Source: Candidatus Krumholzibacteriia bacterium (lineage in GTDB: Bacteria > Krumholzibacteriota > Krumholzibacteriia > WVZY01). From it: DNA of 41,474 nucleotides. Location of the stretch: NCBI GenBank assembly GCA_036478295.1, contig JAZGDW010000214.1:1-41474 (forward strand). Reading direction: 5' to 3'. Shown one piece after another: positions 9,294 to 18,530 of the stretch (within the stretch, counting starts at the first letter, position 1; each line of letters opens with the position of its first letter). The position numbers and the translations under genes were made by a program. The notes under the pieces were generated by a model, which saw only the letters and a program-made list of their open reading frames with translations, had not been told where the DNA came from and did not search any database.

Positions 9294-11240
9294 GTGGGGC
9301 AGACGATAGTAGAGAAGATCGCGCAGGCCCATATGACCGAGGGCCCGGCGCGGCCACTGCGGGCCGGCGATGTTGTTTCGCTTCGCCCGCGGTACGTGAT
9401 GACCCACGACAACACGGCGGCGGTCATGAAGAAGTTCGAGGCGATCGGCGCCGGACGTATTTTTGATCCGCGCCAGCCGGTGTTCCCCATCGACCACGAT
9501 ATTCAAAACAAGTCCGAAGAGAATCTGGCCAAGTACCGGGCGATCAAAGCGTTTGCGCGCGAGCACGGGGTGGATTTCTACCCCGCGGGCACCGGTATCA
9601 GCCACCAGATAATGGTGTCGCAGGGGTACGTGGTGCCCGGCTCGCTGGTCGTGGGATCCGATTCACACTCGAACATGTACGGCGCGCTCGGCGCGTTGGG
9701 AACACCGGTTGTCAGGACCGATGCCGCGGCCATCTGGACGACCGGTGAGTTCTGGTGGCAGCTGCCGCGGACGGTGCAGGTCGTGCTCGAAGGAAGTCTG
9801 CGCGACGGCGTCACGGGTAAAGACATCATCGTCACGTTGTGCGGCCTCTATAATACGGGTGAAGTCCTGAACGCTTTTGTCGAGTTCACGGGGCCGGGAG
9901 TGCGGGTACTTACCATGGACGAGCGCATGACAATCTCGAACATGACGACGGAATGGGGCACCCTCGGAGGATGGTTTCCCGTTGACGAGGTGACCATCGA
10001 CTATCTCCGTGGGCGCAAGACACTCCTCGATGCGGCGGGTGCCCGGCGCCTGACCGAGGAGGACCTCGCGACCTGGCAGACGGATCCGCCGCAGCCCGAT
10101 GCGGATGCGGCGTATGCGGCGCTCATCACGCTCGACCTGGCGCAGGTGAGCCCGCACGTATCCGGGCCGGACAGCGTGCAGGTGATGCGCCCGCTGGCGG
10201 ACATTGCACGGGAAGAAATCACCGTGCAAAAGGCGTATCTCGTTTCGTGCGTGAACAGCCGGCTCGAGGATATCGAAGCGGCCGCCCGCGTCGTCCACGG
10301 CAAGAAGATTGCGGACTCCGTCGAGTTCTATGTGGCGGCGGCCAGCAAGGAGATCCAGGAGGCCGCCGAAGCATCGGGCGCCTGGAGCACGCTGGTAGAG
10401 GCCGGTGCGCGCACGTTGCCGCCCGGCTGCGGACCGTGTATCGGCCTGGGCACGGGCCTGCTCGAAGCCGGCGAAGTGGGTATTTCGGCAACCAACCGCA
10501 ATTTCAAAGGACGGATGGGCTCGCGTGACGCTCAGGTATACCTCGGCAGTCCGGAGACCGTGGCCGCCTCCGCCGTCGCCGGTTACATTACCGGGTCACA
10601 AGCGAGCATGAAAGGCCGTCTTGAGCGAGTGTTCGAGCAGCAACAAACGCCGCCGCCTGCCGATGAGACGGTGGAAATTATGAATGGATTTCCCCGCGAA
10701 GTTTCCGGGCGGCTCGTGCTCGTCCCGCGCGACAATTTGAACACGGACGGAATCTACGGCAAGGACTATACGTACCGCGACGAAATGACTCGCGAGCAAA
10801 TGGCGCGCGTCGTCATGGAAAACTACGACCCGGAGTTTGCGGACAAGACGAGGGAGGGCGACATTCTGGTCGGTGGGTGGAATTTTGGAACGGGTTCGAG
10901 CCGTGAACAGGCGGCCACCGCTTTGCAGGCCAAGGGCATCGTACTCGTCGTAGCGGGCAGTTTCTCGCAGACCTACCTGAGAAACGCCTATAACAACGGC
11001 TTCGTGTGCATCGAGTGCCCCGCGCTCGTGTCCCGCCTGAAGGAACAGGAGCAAGAGGAACTCGCCAGGGAGACGCCTACCATCATTCCGGGTGATGTGC
11101 TCGACATTGACTTTTCGCGCGGCACGGCGACGTACCGGGGGGAGGCATTCCGCTTTCCACCCCTTGGGTCGGTACCCCAGTCGCTGGTAGTGGCGGGCGG
11201 TATCGAGAATCTCGTGCGCGAGCGCCTGGCGGCCGGATAG
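9294..11240 (+). CDS. single-chain aconitase-family hydratase, fungal-type homoaconitase-like (Lys4/LysF)
   Basis: MTHDN, DHDIQNKSE.NL.KY, DFYPAG.GI.HQIM, SDSHSNMYG, VRTDAA.IW.TG..WWQ, SCVN, CGPCIG and GTGSSREQAATAL; large and small domains fused. Confidence 0.85.
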   Translation: MGQTIVEKIAQAHMTEGPARPLRAGDVVSLRPRYVMTHDNTAAVMKKFEAIGAGRIFDPRQPVFPIDHDIQNKSEENLAKYRAIKAFAREHGVDFYPAGTGISHQIMVSQGYVVPGSLVVGSDSHSNMYGALGALGTPVVRTDAAAIWTTGEFWWQLPRTVQVVLEGSLRDGVTGKDIIVTLCGLYNTGEVLNAFVEFTGPGVRVLTMDERMTISNMTTEWGTLGGWFPVDEVTIDYLRGRKTLLDAAGARRLTEEDLATWQTDPPQPDADAAYAALITLDLAQVSPHVSGPDSVQVMRPLADIAREEITVQKAYLVSCVNSRLEDIEAAARVVHGKKIADSVEFYVAAASKEIQEAAEASGAWSTLVEAGARTLPPGCGPCIGLGTGLLEAGEVGISATNRNFKGRMGSRDAQVYLGSPETVAASAVAGYITGSQASMKGRLERVFEQQQTPPPADETVEIMNGFPREVSGRLVLVPRDNLNTDGIYGKDYTYRDEMTREQMARVVMENYDPEFADKTREGDILVGGWNFGTGSSREQAATALQAKGIVLVVAGSFSQTYLRNAYNNGFVCIECPALVSRLKEQEQEELARETPTIIPGDVLDIDFSRGTATYRGEAFRFPPLGSVPQSLVVAGGIENLVRERLAAG

Positions 11241-11364
11241 AGCGCACCGATCCGTCACGGGTACGCCGTGCCGGTTGAAACAGCGCGCGCCCGTCCGTCA
11301 CGGGCACGCCGCGCAGGCGGACCCGGTCGCGGCGCGACGATTACAACAGGAGGCAAGAGCGAAC

Positions 11365-12549
11365 ATGCGACATACAGTGGTGACGATGCCGGGAGACGGT
11401 ATCGGCAAGACCGTTCTCCCCGAAGCGGTACGGGTGTTGGATGCTGCCGGCTTCGAAGCGGACTACGTACATGCCGACATCGGTTGGGATTTCTGGATCA
11501 ACGAGGGCAACCCGCTGCCGGACAAGACACTCGATTTATTAAGAGAACACAAATTGGGATTATTCGGCGCCATCACTTCCAAGCCCAAGGACAAGGCGGC
11601 CGCCGAGTTGCATCCCGACCTTCGTGACAAAGGCCACGTTTACTTCAGTCCCATTGTGGGCATGCGGCAGATTTTCAACCTCGACATCTGCATCCGCCCG
11701 TGCCGTTCGTTCGTTGGCAATCCGCTCAACTTCGTCCGCCAGGCCGCCGGCGGCGGTGTCGAGGAGCCCAACGTCGACGCGGTGATATTTCGCCAGAACA
11801 CCGAGGGTCTCTACTGTGGTATCGAGTGGACGAATCCGCCAGAGGCGGTCCGCGCGGCACTGGCCACGCATCCAAAGTACAAGACGTTCGCCGACGTCCC
11901 CGGCGACGAGATGGCGATGTCGGTCCGTTTGTTCACGCGGCGCGCCTGCAGGAGGATCCTGGATAGTGCCTTTCGCTACGCGAAGAAGCACGGCTACCCG
12001 TCGGTCACGATTTGCGAAAAACCGAACGTGCTGCGCGAAACATCGGGAATGCTCGAAGAAGAGGCCCGCAAAATACATGAGGACTACCCGGACATCGACC
12101 TCTGGTCGACGAACATCGACGCACAGATGATGTGGCTGACAAAAAACCCCGAGAACTACGGAGTTATCGTGGCGGGAAATCTCTTCGGCGACATCGTCTC
12201 GGACGCGTTCGCCGGTCTCGTCGGCGGACTCGGCTTTGCCTGTTCGGGGAATATCGGAGACGAGGTCGCCGTATTCGAGCCCACGCACGGCTCCGCCCCA
12301 AAGTACGCCGAACTCGACCCCTCCATCGTCAATCCCGTCGCCATGATCCTCAGCGCCGCGATGATGCTCGATCACATCGCCGAGGGGGACAAAGCGAGCA
12401 GGATTCGCGACGCGGTGGCGGCCGTCGTCAAAGACGGCAAAGTGAAGCCTTACGACATGATGCGTTTACCCGGTGGTGCCGGCGCGGTGGCGAAGGGTGC
12501 GGCAACAACAACCCAGATGGCGGATGCCATCATCGCCAGGCTCGCGTAG
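11365..12549 (+). CDS. isocitrate/isopropylmalate dehydrogenase family, homoisocitrate dehydrogenase-like
   Basis: PGDGIG, LFGAITS, YFSPIVGMRQ, RQNTEGLY, NLFGDIVSD and FEPTHGSAP; ATG 11365 after AGGAGG. Confidence 0.88.
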   Translation: MRHTVVTMPGDGIGKTVLPEAVRVLDAAGFEADYVHADIGWDFWINEGNPLPDKTLDLLREHKLGLFGAITSKPKDKAAAELHPDLRDKGHVYFSPIVGMRQIFNLDICIRPCRSFVGNPLNFVRQAAGGGVEEPNVDAVIFRQNTEGLYCGIEWTNPPEAVRAALATHPKYKTFADVPGDEMAMSVRLFTRRACRRILDSAFRYAKKHGYPSVTICEKPNVLRETSGMLEEEARKIHEDYPDIDLWSTNIDAQMMWLTKNPENYGVIVAGNLFGDIVSDAFAGLVGGLGFACSGNIGDEVAVFEPTHGSAPKYAELDPSIVNPVAMILSAAMMLDHIAEGDKASRIRDAVAAVVKDGKVKPYDMMRLPGGAGAVAKGAATTTQMADAIIARLA

Positions 12550-12562
12550 CGTGGGAGGAAGA

Positions 12563-13834
12563 ATGCAGAAGAGTAACCACAAGGAAACGCCGACCGGCAA
12601 ACGGCCCGCTAAACGCGCGGCAGCCCCTGACACAGCAAGTGCGAAGGGTGAAGCCGGCCGCCGGGGAGACGACATTCGATCCGATCTTTTCGTATCGGCC
12701 ACCGTTAGAGACGCCGGCAAACTCGACATGACCGTTTCCTCGAAGGTCGAGGCCTTCTACGGCAAGTCGATACGTGAGACGGTTGGTTCGGTTCTCGCAG
12801 CGTACGGTGTCACGCACGCAAGCGTTGAAATAGAGGACAAGGGTGCGCTGCCGTTCGTCATCGCGGCGCGTGTCGAAGCGGCGCTCCGCCGCGCGGGCCT
12901 GCGGGGAGACGCCCGTCCCGAGCGCACTGTCGCCCAGGCTGCCCCGACGGCCAGGGACCGGCTGCGGCGGTCCCGCCTCTACCTGCCGGGCAACGAGCCG
13001 AAATTCATGGTGAATGCCGGTGTCCATAAACCGGACGGGATCATCCTCGACCTGGAGGATTCAGTACATCCCTCGGAGAAGGATGCGGCGAGAATCGTCG
13101 TGAGGAACGCGCTCCGGTGTGTCGACTTTCTCGGCGCCGAGCGCATGGTGCGTATCAACCAGCTGCCCCTGGGTTTCGACGACCTCGAAGAAATCATTCC
13201 CGAAGCGCCCGATCTGACCCTCGTACCCAAGGTGGAAAGCGCGGAGGACCTCGTCGAGGTCGAAAGCCGCATCCAGCAGATTCACTCGACGCACAAGGGC
13301 GGCGGTCAAGTCTGGATCATGCCGATAATCGAATCGGCCCGCGGCGTCGAGAACGCCTACGCCATTGCATGCGCGGCGGAGACCGTCGTGGCCCTTACCG
13401 TCGGACTCGAGGATTACACGGCCGACCTCGGTGTGCCCAAGACGAAGACGGGAGACGAATCGCACTACGCGCGCTCGCGTATCGTCAACGCGGCGCGGGC
13501 CGCCGGTGTGCAGGCAATCGACTCGGTCTTCGGCGACGTCGGCGACATGGACGGGCTGAGCGCGTGGGGCGAACGGTCGCGTGCAATGGGGTTCGAGGGA
13601 ATGGGATGCATCCACCCGCGTCAGATTCGCCCCATCCACCAGGCATTCGCGCCGTCGCCGGAAGAGATCGAGAAAGCACTGAAAATCGTGGCCGCCTTCG
13701 ACGAAGCCACGGCCAAGGGCCTGGGCGTGGTCAGTCTCGGCACGCGCATGATCGACCCCCCCGTGGTGCTCCGTGCCCAGCGGCTGGTCGAGGCGGCACG
13801 GCGTGCCGGATTGCTGCCCGGCGACGACACCTAG
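12563..13834 (+). CDS. citE: fusion of citrate lyase acyl-carrier-like domain (CitD) and citrate lyase beta subunit (CitE)
   Basis: N-terminal RSDLFV...SKVEAFYGKSIRETV..VLAAYGV....VEIEDKGALPFVIAARVEAALRRA resembles CitD; then RSRLYLPG, ILDLEDSV, GLEDY, GMGCIHPRQ and MIDPP of CitE. Confidence 0.88.
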   Translation: MQKSNHKETPTGKRPAKRAAAPDTASAKGEAGRRGDDIRSDLFVSATVRDAGKLDMTVSSKVEAFYGKSIRETVGSVLAAYGVTHASVEIEDKGALPFVIAARVEAALRRAGLRGDARPERTVAQAAPTARDRLRRSRLYLPGNEPKFMVNAGVHKPDGIILDLEDSVHPSEKDAARIVVRNALRCVDFLGAERMVRINQLPLGFDDLEEIIPEAPDLTLVPKVESAEDLVEVESRIQQIHSTHKGGGQVWIMPIIESARGVENAYAIACAAETVVALTVGLEDYTADLGVPKTKTGDESHYARSRIVNAARAAGVQAIDSVFGDVGDMDGLSAWGERSRAMGFEGMGCIHPRQIRPIHQAFAPSPEEIEKALKIVAAFDEATAKGLGVVSLGTRMIDPPVVLRAQRLVEAARRAGLLPGDDT

Positions 13835-13862
13835 CCGCGGCACAGGTTTGTGGAGGAACGCA

Positions 13863-15422
13863 ATGAGCGGAAAACATGAGTTTGTAGTGAACAAGGTGGG
13901 AAGACGCGTTCCCACCACCGTCAACGGCATGACACAGACACCGTTTCAGGGTGTCGGCGCGTTCACGCCGCAAAGCGCCAAGCACGGCCCGCCGGTAAGG
14001 TCGTGCAGCGACTATCCCGACGACGGGGACAAACGCGTGCCCGATCTCGAGACCGCGCTTCGGAAATGCGGGATCAAAGACGGCATGGTCATCTCCAGCC
14101 ATCACCATTTGCGTAACGGCGACCGGGTCGCCCTGCTCGCCCTGCAGGCCGCTGCCAGCATCGGCGTCAAGGACCTCGTGTGGTTCCCCAGCGCTTCTTT
14201 TCCCTGCCAGGCGCCAGTCATCGACCTCATGGAACAGGGAGTGGTCCACCACATCGAGGGCAGCATGAACGGTCCCCTGGGAGAATACTGTTCGCGTGGC
14301 AAGATGCGGGGTTTGGGCGTGCTGCGCTCACACGGCGGCCGATGGCAGGCAATCCAGGATGGCGAAGTCAAGATCGACATCGCGGTCATCGCCGCCCCAA
14401 CGGCGGATGCGTTCGGCAACGCGGATGGTTCGCACGGTCCCTCGGCGTGCGGGTCTCTCGGCTTTGCCCTGGCCGATTCGACGTACGCCGACCGCGTCAT
14501 CGTCGTCACCGACAACCTCGTTCCGTTCCCTTGCATCCCGTGGCAGATCCAGGGCAACAACGTCGACTATGTCGTCGAAGTGAACTCGATCGGCGACCCA
14601 GCGAAGATCGTCTCCGGCACCACGCAGATCACGAAAAGTCCAGACCGCCTGCTCGTCGCCGAGTACGTTGCCCGATTTTTGAGGGACGCCGGCATCATGC
14701 GGGACGGTTTCTCGTTTCAGGCCGGCGCCGGCGGCATAGCGCTGGCATTCGTCGACTACCTGAAAGACATGATGAAGCAAGCCGGGATAAAGGCACGTTT
14801 CGTCCGCGGTGGCTCGACGCGCCTTCTCGCCGACCTGCTCCGCGACGGCCTGACCGACTATATTCTCGACGGCCAGACGTTCGACCTCGCCGGCGTGGAG
14901 TCTATCGGTTCCAATCCCCGCCACGTCGCAACCTCGCCTTTTACATCGTACAATTTCCACGGCAAGGGCAACTTCGCCTCCATGGTGGACGCCGTTGTCC
15001 TTGGGGCGACCGAGGTGGACGTCAACTTCAACGCCAACGTCGTCACGCACTCCGACCACATGCTGCTCCACGGCATCGGCGGCTGGCAGAACTGTCTCGC
15101 CGCCGGCTGTACGATACTCGCCCTCCCGTCGTTTCGCAACCGCATTCCCGTTATTATCGACGAGGTAACGACGATCACCGGCCCCGGAGACTTGATCGAC
15201 GTCGTCATTTGCGAACGCGGTATAGCGGTCAATCCGAAACGCACCGACCTGCTGAAACAGCTGCGCGGCTCAGACCTGCCGATACGGTCGATAGAAGAAC
15301 TCAAAGAAGACGTCGAACGCATCGTGGGGGGCAAACCCGAACGTACCCAACCCAACGACAACCCGGTCGCCGTGGTCAAGTGGGTCGACGGCACCCTGCT
15401 CGATACGGTGTGGCAGGTTTAG
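13863..15422 (+). CDS. citF: citrate lyase alpha subunit / citrate CoA-transferase
   Basis: GIKDGMVISSHHHLRNGD, RSHGGR, FSFQAGAGG, LGATEVDVNFNANV and GIGGW motifs. Confidence 0.92.
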   Translation: MSGKHEFVVNKVGRRVPTTVNGMTQTPFQGVGAFTPQSAKHGPPVRSCSDYPDDGDKRVPDLETALRKCGIKDGMVISSHHHLRNGDRVALLALQAAASIGVKDLVWFPSASFPCQAPVIDLMEQGVVHHIEGSMNGPLGEYCSRGKMRGLGVLRSHGGRWQAIQDGEVKIDIAVIAAPTADAFGNADGSHGPSACGSLGFALADSTYADRVIVVTDNLVPFPCIPWQIQGNNVDYVVEVNSIGDPAKIVSGTTQITKSPDRLLVAEYVARFLRDAGIMRDGFSFQAGAGGIALAFVDYLKDMMKQAGIKARFVRGGSTRLLADLLRDGLTDYILDGQTFDLAGVESIGSNPRHVATSPFTSYNFHGKGNFASMVDAVVLGATEVDVNFNANVVTHSDHMLLHGIGGWQNCLAAGCTILALPSFRNRIPVIIDEVTTITGPGDLIDVVICERGIAVNPKRTDLLKQLRGSDLPIRSIEELKEDVERIVGGKPERTQPNDNPVAVVKWVDGTLLDTVWQV

Positions 15423-15552
15423 CCGGAACAAGGGGTCAGTCGCGCAGTCCCTTCTCAGTTTTCTTATGTTATAAAAGCCGATCGTCTCTCAATGAGGGAG
15501 GACGTCGATTGCCGGGGTGCTCGAAGAGACACCGGCTTCCACGCCAGCAATG

Positions 15553-15577
15553 AAAAAGGGGCCGACCTCGGCCCCTT
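15553..15577 (-). terminator. rho-independent terminator
   Basis: AAGGGGCCGA-cc-TCGGCCCCTT inverted repeat with a U-run on the minus strand, downstream of the 15616-16158 gene. Confidence 0.7.
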
Positions 15578-15615
15578 CCATTGCAACGCATGTTCGCTCG
15601 CCGGATTTTCTCCGC

Positions 15616-16158
15616 CTAGTGTTGCACCTGGGGCTTCCGGCCGGTCGGTTGGGAAATCGCGCCATCAAAGATGATGTGTCCCTCACCCGTGAAGGCGTTG
15701 CCACTACCGTCGTACATGCCGCTTCCCGTCGCGTTTTTGAAACGTCCTGACCCTCCGGTCACGTCCCAGTCCCCGGAGAATGTTTGGGCTCCCGTGGCGT
15801 CCGGAGGCGTAGTGAATCCTACGGCCGCAATCTCCAATTCATCTCCATTCGCGGCCGAAAACACTATCGTCCCCGTTGTAACACCCATGTCTGCTTGTAA
15901 GACGCCAAAAAACGTACTTTTGCCCAAATAGGTCGCGAATCCTTCACCATTTAGTTCGACGTTGACGATGGGTGGAGGAAATGGTGGCACGAGCACGAAG
16001 GTCTCGTCGTATACCCCCCTGAATGGGACCATGACGGGGGAGACCGGCGAGATTGGTTCGAGCGCTGGATCGGACATATCGGCCTGGAGCGGGCCCTCTT
16101 CGTAGCAGCCAGTAATCAAGAGGAGCCCTACAGCGAGAAGTGGGATGAGCAATTTCAT
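15616..16158 (-). CDS. hypothetical lipoprotein (beta-rich; GGSGRFKNATGSG motif)
   Basis: MKLLIPLLAVGLLLITGC lipobox; RBS AAAGGAG. Confidence 0.7.
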   Translation of the reverse strand: MKLLIPLLAVGLLLITGCYEEGPLQADMSDPALEPISPVSPVMVPFRGVYDETFVLVPPFPPPIVNVELNGEGFATYLGKSTFFGVLQADMGVTTGTIVFSAANGDELEIAAVGFTTPPDATGAQTFSGDWDVTGGSGRFKNATGSGMYDGSGNAFTGEGHIIFDGAISQPTGRKPQVQH

Positions 16159-16558
16159 ATCGATGCTCCTTTTCACGAGTGGAATAAAAAGGCGTGGATC
16201 GAACCGAAATTTACGAACCCTTAAAAACGGACGAGAGATTTGACGATTCTGCGCAGATGTTGTTCGGGAGATGCTGCTCAGATATGCTCAGTCGAGGGTG
16301 AGCAGACGCTATCACAGACCCCGATATAAGTCAACTTGACATAAGTCAATTTAATTGTTTAACAACCGGTCAACTGTTAACAAGTTGGGCTGCAAAGCAT
16401 GTCGAAGCTGGCCAACTTGAACGACAGGGCACGGCGGCACTTGAACCCGCGCATGCTGGCAGGTTCACCCGCGACCCGGTTGCCAAACACCTGTTTTTGT
16501 ACTACCATTGTGCTCTCGATCCGCCATAGCCCCACCGAACCTCACCGGAGGTACGACC

Positions 16559-17554
16559 ATGGCCAGGCTGCAACGCACCTCCCTGGTCGCGATTCTCTTT
16601 CTCTTTGGCACTTCCCCGCTGGTGCGCCCCGCCCACGCGGAGGCCCCCTATGTCTTCGTGGAAACCTGGGGGTCGCTCGGCAGCGGCGACGGTCAGTGCC
16701 GGCGCCCGCACGGCATCGTCTACTCACCCTTCGACGGGCACATCTACGTCGCGGACACCCGCAACAACCGCATTCAGAAACTCACCACCGATGGTACGTT
16801 CGTAACGAGCTGGGGCAGCCTGGGCAGCGGCCCGGGTCAGATGAGCTGGCCGCACGGCATCGGCGTGGCACCGAACGGCGATATTGTCGTGGCGGACACC
16901 CGGAACAAGCGGGTGGAGAGGTTCACGAACGACGTGACTTTTGTCACCACGTGGGGCTCAGAAGGTGCGGCGCCCGGGCATTTCACCAAACCCATCGGCC
17001 TCGCCGTCGGCCCCAACGGCTTCGTTTTCGTGTGCGACGCCAGCGCCCACCGCGTGCAAAAGTTCACCGGCGACGGCAAGTTCGTCACCCTGTGGGGAAC
17101 GCGAGGCAGCGCGCCGGGGCAGTTCGATGTGCCGGTCGATTGTTTCGTGGATGCGAATGGGGACGTGTACGTAACGGACGCGGTGAACGGCCGCGTACAG
17201 AAATTCACCAACAACGGCGTCTTCATCCTCGAATTTGGCGAAACCGGTTCCGGTGACGGGCAGTTTCAGACACCGCACGTCCCCGCCACGGGCCCGGACG
17301 GCAACGTCTTCGTGTCCGACGAGTTCAATCACCGCATACAGAAGTTTACCAGCACCGGCACCTTCCTCACCACATTCGGGTCCTTCGGCTCCGGTGACGG
17401 GCAGTTCTGGGCGCCAATGGGTGTGGCGGTGGACGCCGACGGCAACGTCTATGTCGCCGACTCGACCAACCACCGTTTTCACAAGTGGGCCAACCCCGCG
17501 CTGGTTCCCGTGGAGAGGTCAACCTGGGGCCGGACAAAGTCCATCTTTCGCTAG
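16559..17554 (+). CDS. secreted NHL-repeat six-bladed beta-propeller with C-terminal TWG motif
   Basis: Signal peptide (..AHA/E); six repeats of G.G.GQF..P.G.AV...G..YVAD..N.R.QKF; ends PVERSTWGRTKSIFR. Confidence 0.9.
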   Translation: MARLQRTSLVAILFLFGTSPLVRPAHAEAPYVFVETWGSLGSGDGQCRRPHGIVYSPFDGHIYVADTRNNRIQKLTTDGTFVTSWGSLGSGPGQMSWPHGIGVAPNGDIVVADTRNKRVERFTNDVTFVTTWGSEGAAPGHFTKPIGLAVGPNGFVFVCDASAHRVQKFTGDGKFVTLWGTRGSAPGQFDVPVDCFVDANGDVYVTDAVNGRVQKFTNNGVFILEFGETGSGDGQFQTPHVPATGPDGNVFVSDEFNHRIQKFTSTGTFLTTFGSFGSGDGQFWAPMGVAVDADGNVYVADSTNHRFHKWANPALVPVERSTWGRTKSIFR

Positions 17555-18438
17555 TCCGCCGGGTACTCGCGCAGAATCGGCCGCGTGAGACATGTCGGTC
17601 CCCCCGCCCCTTTCAAACTGATCTCACTTGCCTCGAACTCGTGCACCTCGACACCGGCCGCCTCGAGTCTCGACCGTGTCGAGGGATTTCCGGGCAACAT
17701 GACGCACGTGCGCGGCGCGACCGCGAGAACGTTGCACGCCATGGTGTCGAATTCGTCGCCCGCAACGTCGATCAGCTCGATGCCGCGCGAGAGAAGCGCC
17801 TCGCGAAAACGCACCGGCAAGAGCGGTGAGTACACCAGGGCGAGATCCCGGTCGATGGGACTGAGGATCGACATCAGGTGAAATACGTCCTGCGGTCCGC
17901 GCCAGTGCGGCAGCGGCACGACGATCAGTTCGGCGATGCAGCCGCCGAGCAGCTGCCGCACTTGCCGAATACCGGCGTCGTTCGTCCGGTAGCCGCTTCC
18001 CACAGCGAGTGTCTGCTCGTCGATCCACACCACGTCGCCGCCTTCGATATGGCCCGCGCCGTCCACCCGCCCGTGCAGCGTCAGATCCATCTCGCCGAGC
18101 GCCGTCTCCACCGCCGCCGGCTCATCTCGCCTCTCGACCTTCGCCATGTTGCACAAGATCACGCCCTTGTCGCAGACGATGAACGCATCCCGCGTGTAGA
18201 TCGAGTCGAGGCCGGTGTGCGGGTCCAGGGGAAGAAAAGCGATGTCCATGTCGAAACGTCGTAACAAAGACACAAACCCGTCGTACTCGGTCACCGCCCG
18301 CTCGAAGTCCGGGGGACCCGCGTAGCCGAGGGGCCGCCACTGACGCCCAATGGCGCTACCCGCCACGAACGCATCCCTGGCGTGCTTGAGCACGATGCGC
18401 TTGATCGCACCGACATCCGATTGGTAACCGATATTCAT
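17551..18438 (-). CDS. amidinotransferase / dimethylarginine dimethylaminohydrolase (pentein) family
   Basis: DSIYTRD, IEGGDV, RTN..G, FHLMS and GGPTCLTRP motifs. Confidence 0.88.
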   Translation of the reverse strand: MNIGYQSDVGAIKRIVLKHARDAFVAGSAIGRQWRPLGYAGPPDFERAVTEYDGFVSLLRRFDMDIAFLPLDPHTGLDSIYTRDAFIVCDKGVILCNMAKVERRDEPAAVETALGEMDLTLHGRVDGAGHIEGGDVVWIDEQTLAVGSGYRTNDAGIRQVRQLLGGCIAELIVVPLPHWRGPQDVFHLMSILSPIDRDLALVYSPLLPVRFREALLSRGIELIDVAGDEFDTMACNVLAVAPRTCVMLPGNPSTRSRLEAAGVEVHEFEASEISLKGAGGPTCLTRPILREYPAD

Positions 18439-18447
18439 TGGCTGATC

Positions 18448-18461
18448 TTGATAAAAGTCAA
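18448..18461. promoter_or_regulatory. FNR/Crp-family-like box
   Basis: TTGAT-aaaa-GTCAA, one mismatch to TTGAT-N4-ATCAA, in an AT-rich divergent intergenic region. Confidence 0.4.
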
Positions 18462-18530
18462 ATTCAAAAGCGATACGAGAACGTTTAAGATTTTAGCAGT
18501 TCTCATTACCATCGCAAAGGAGATAGACCA

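Noticed and set aside
17551..17554. Convergent genes sharing the CTAG palindrome as overlapping stops
   Set aside because: A common compact arrangement with no evident significance
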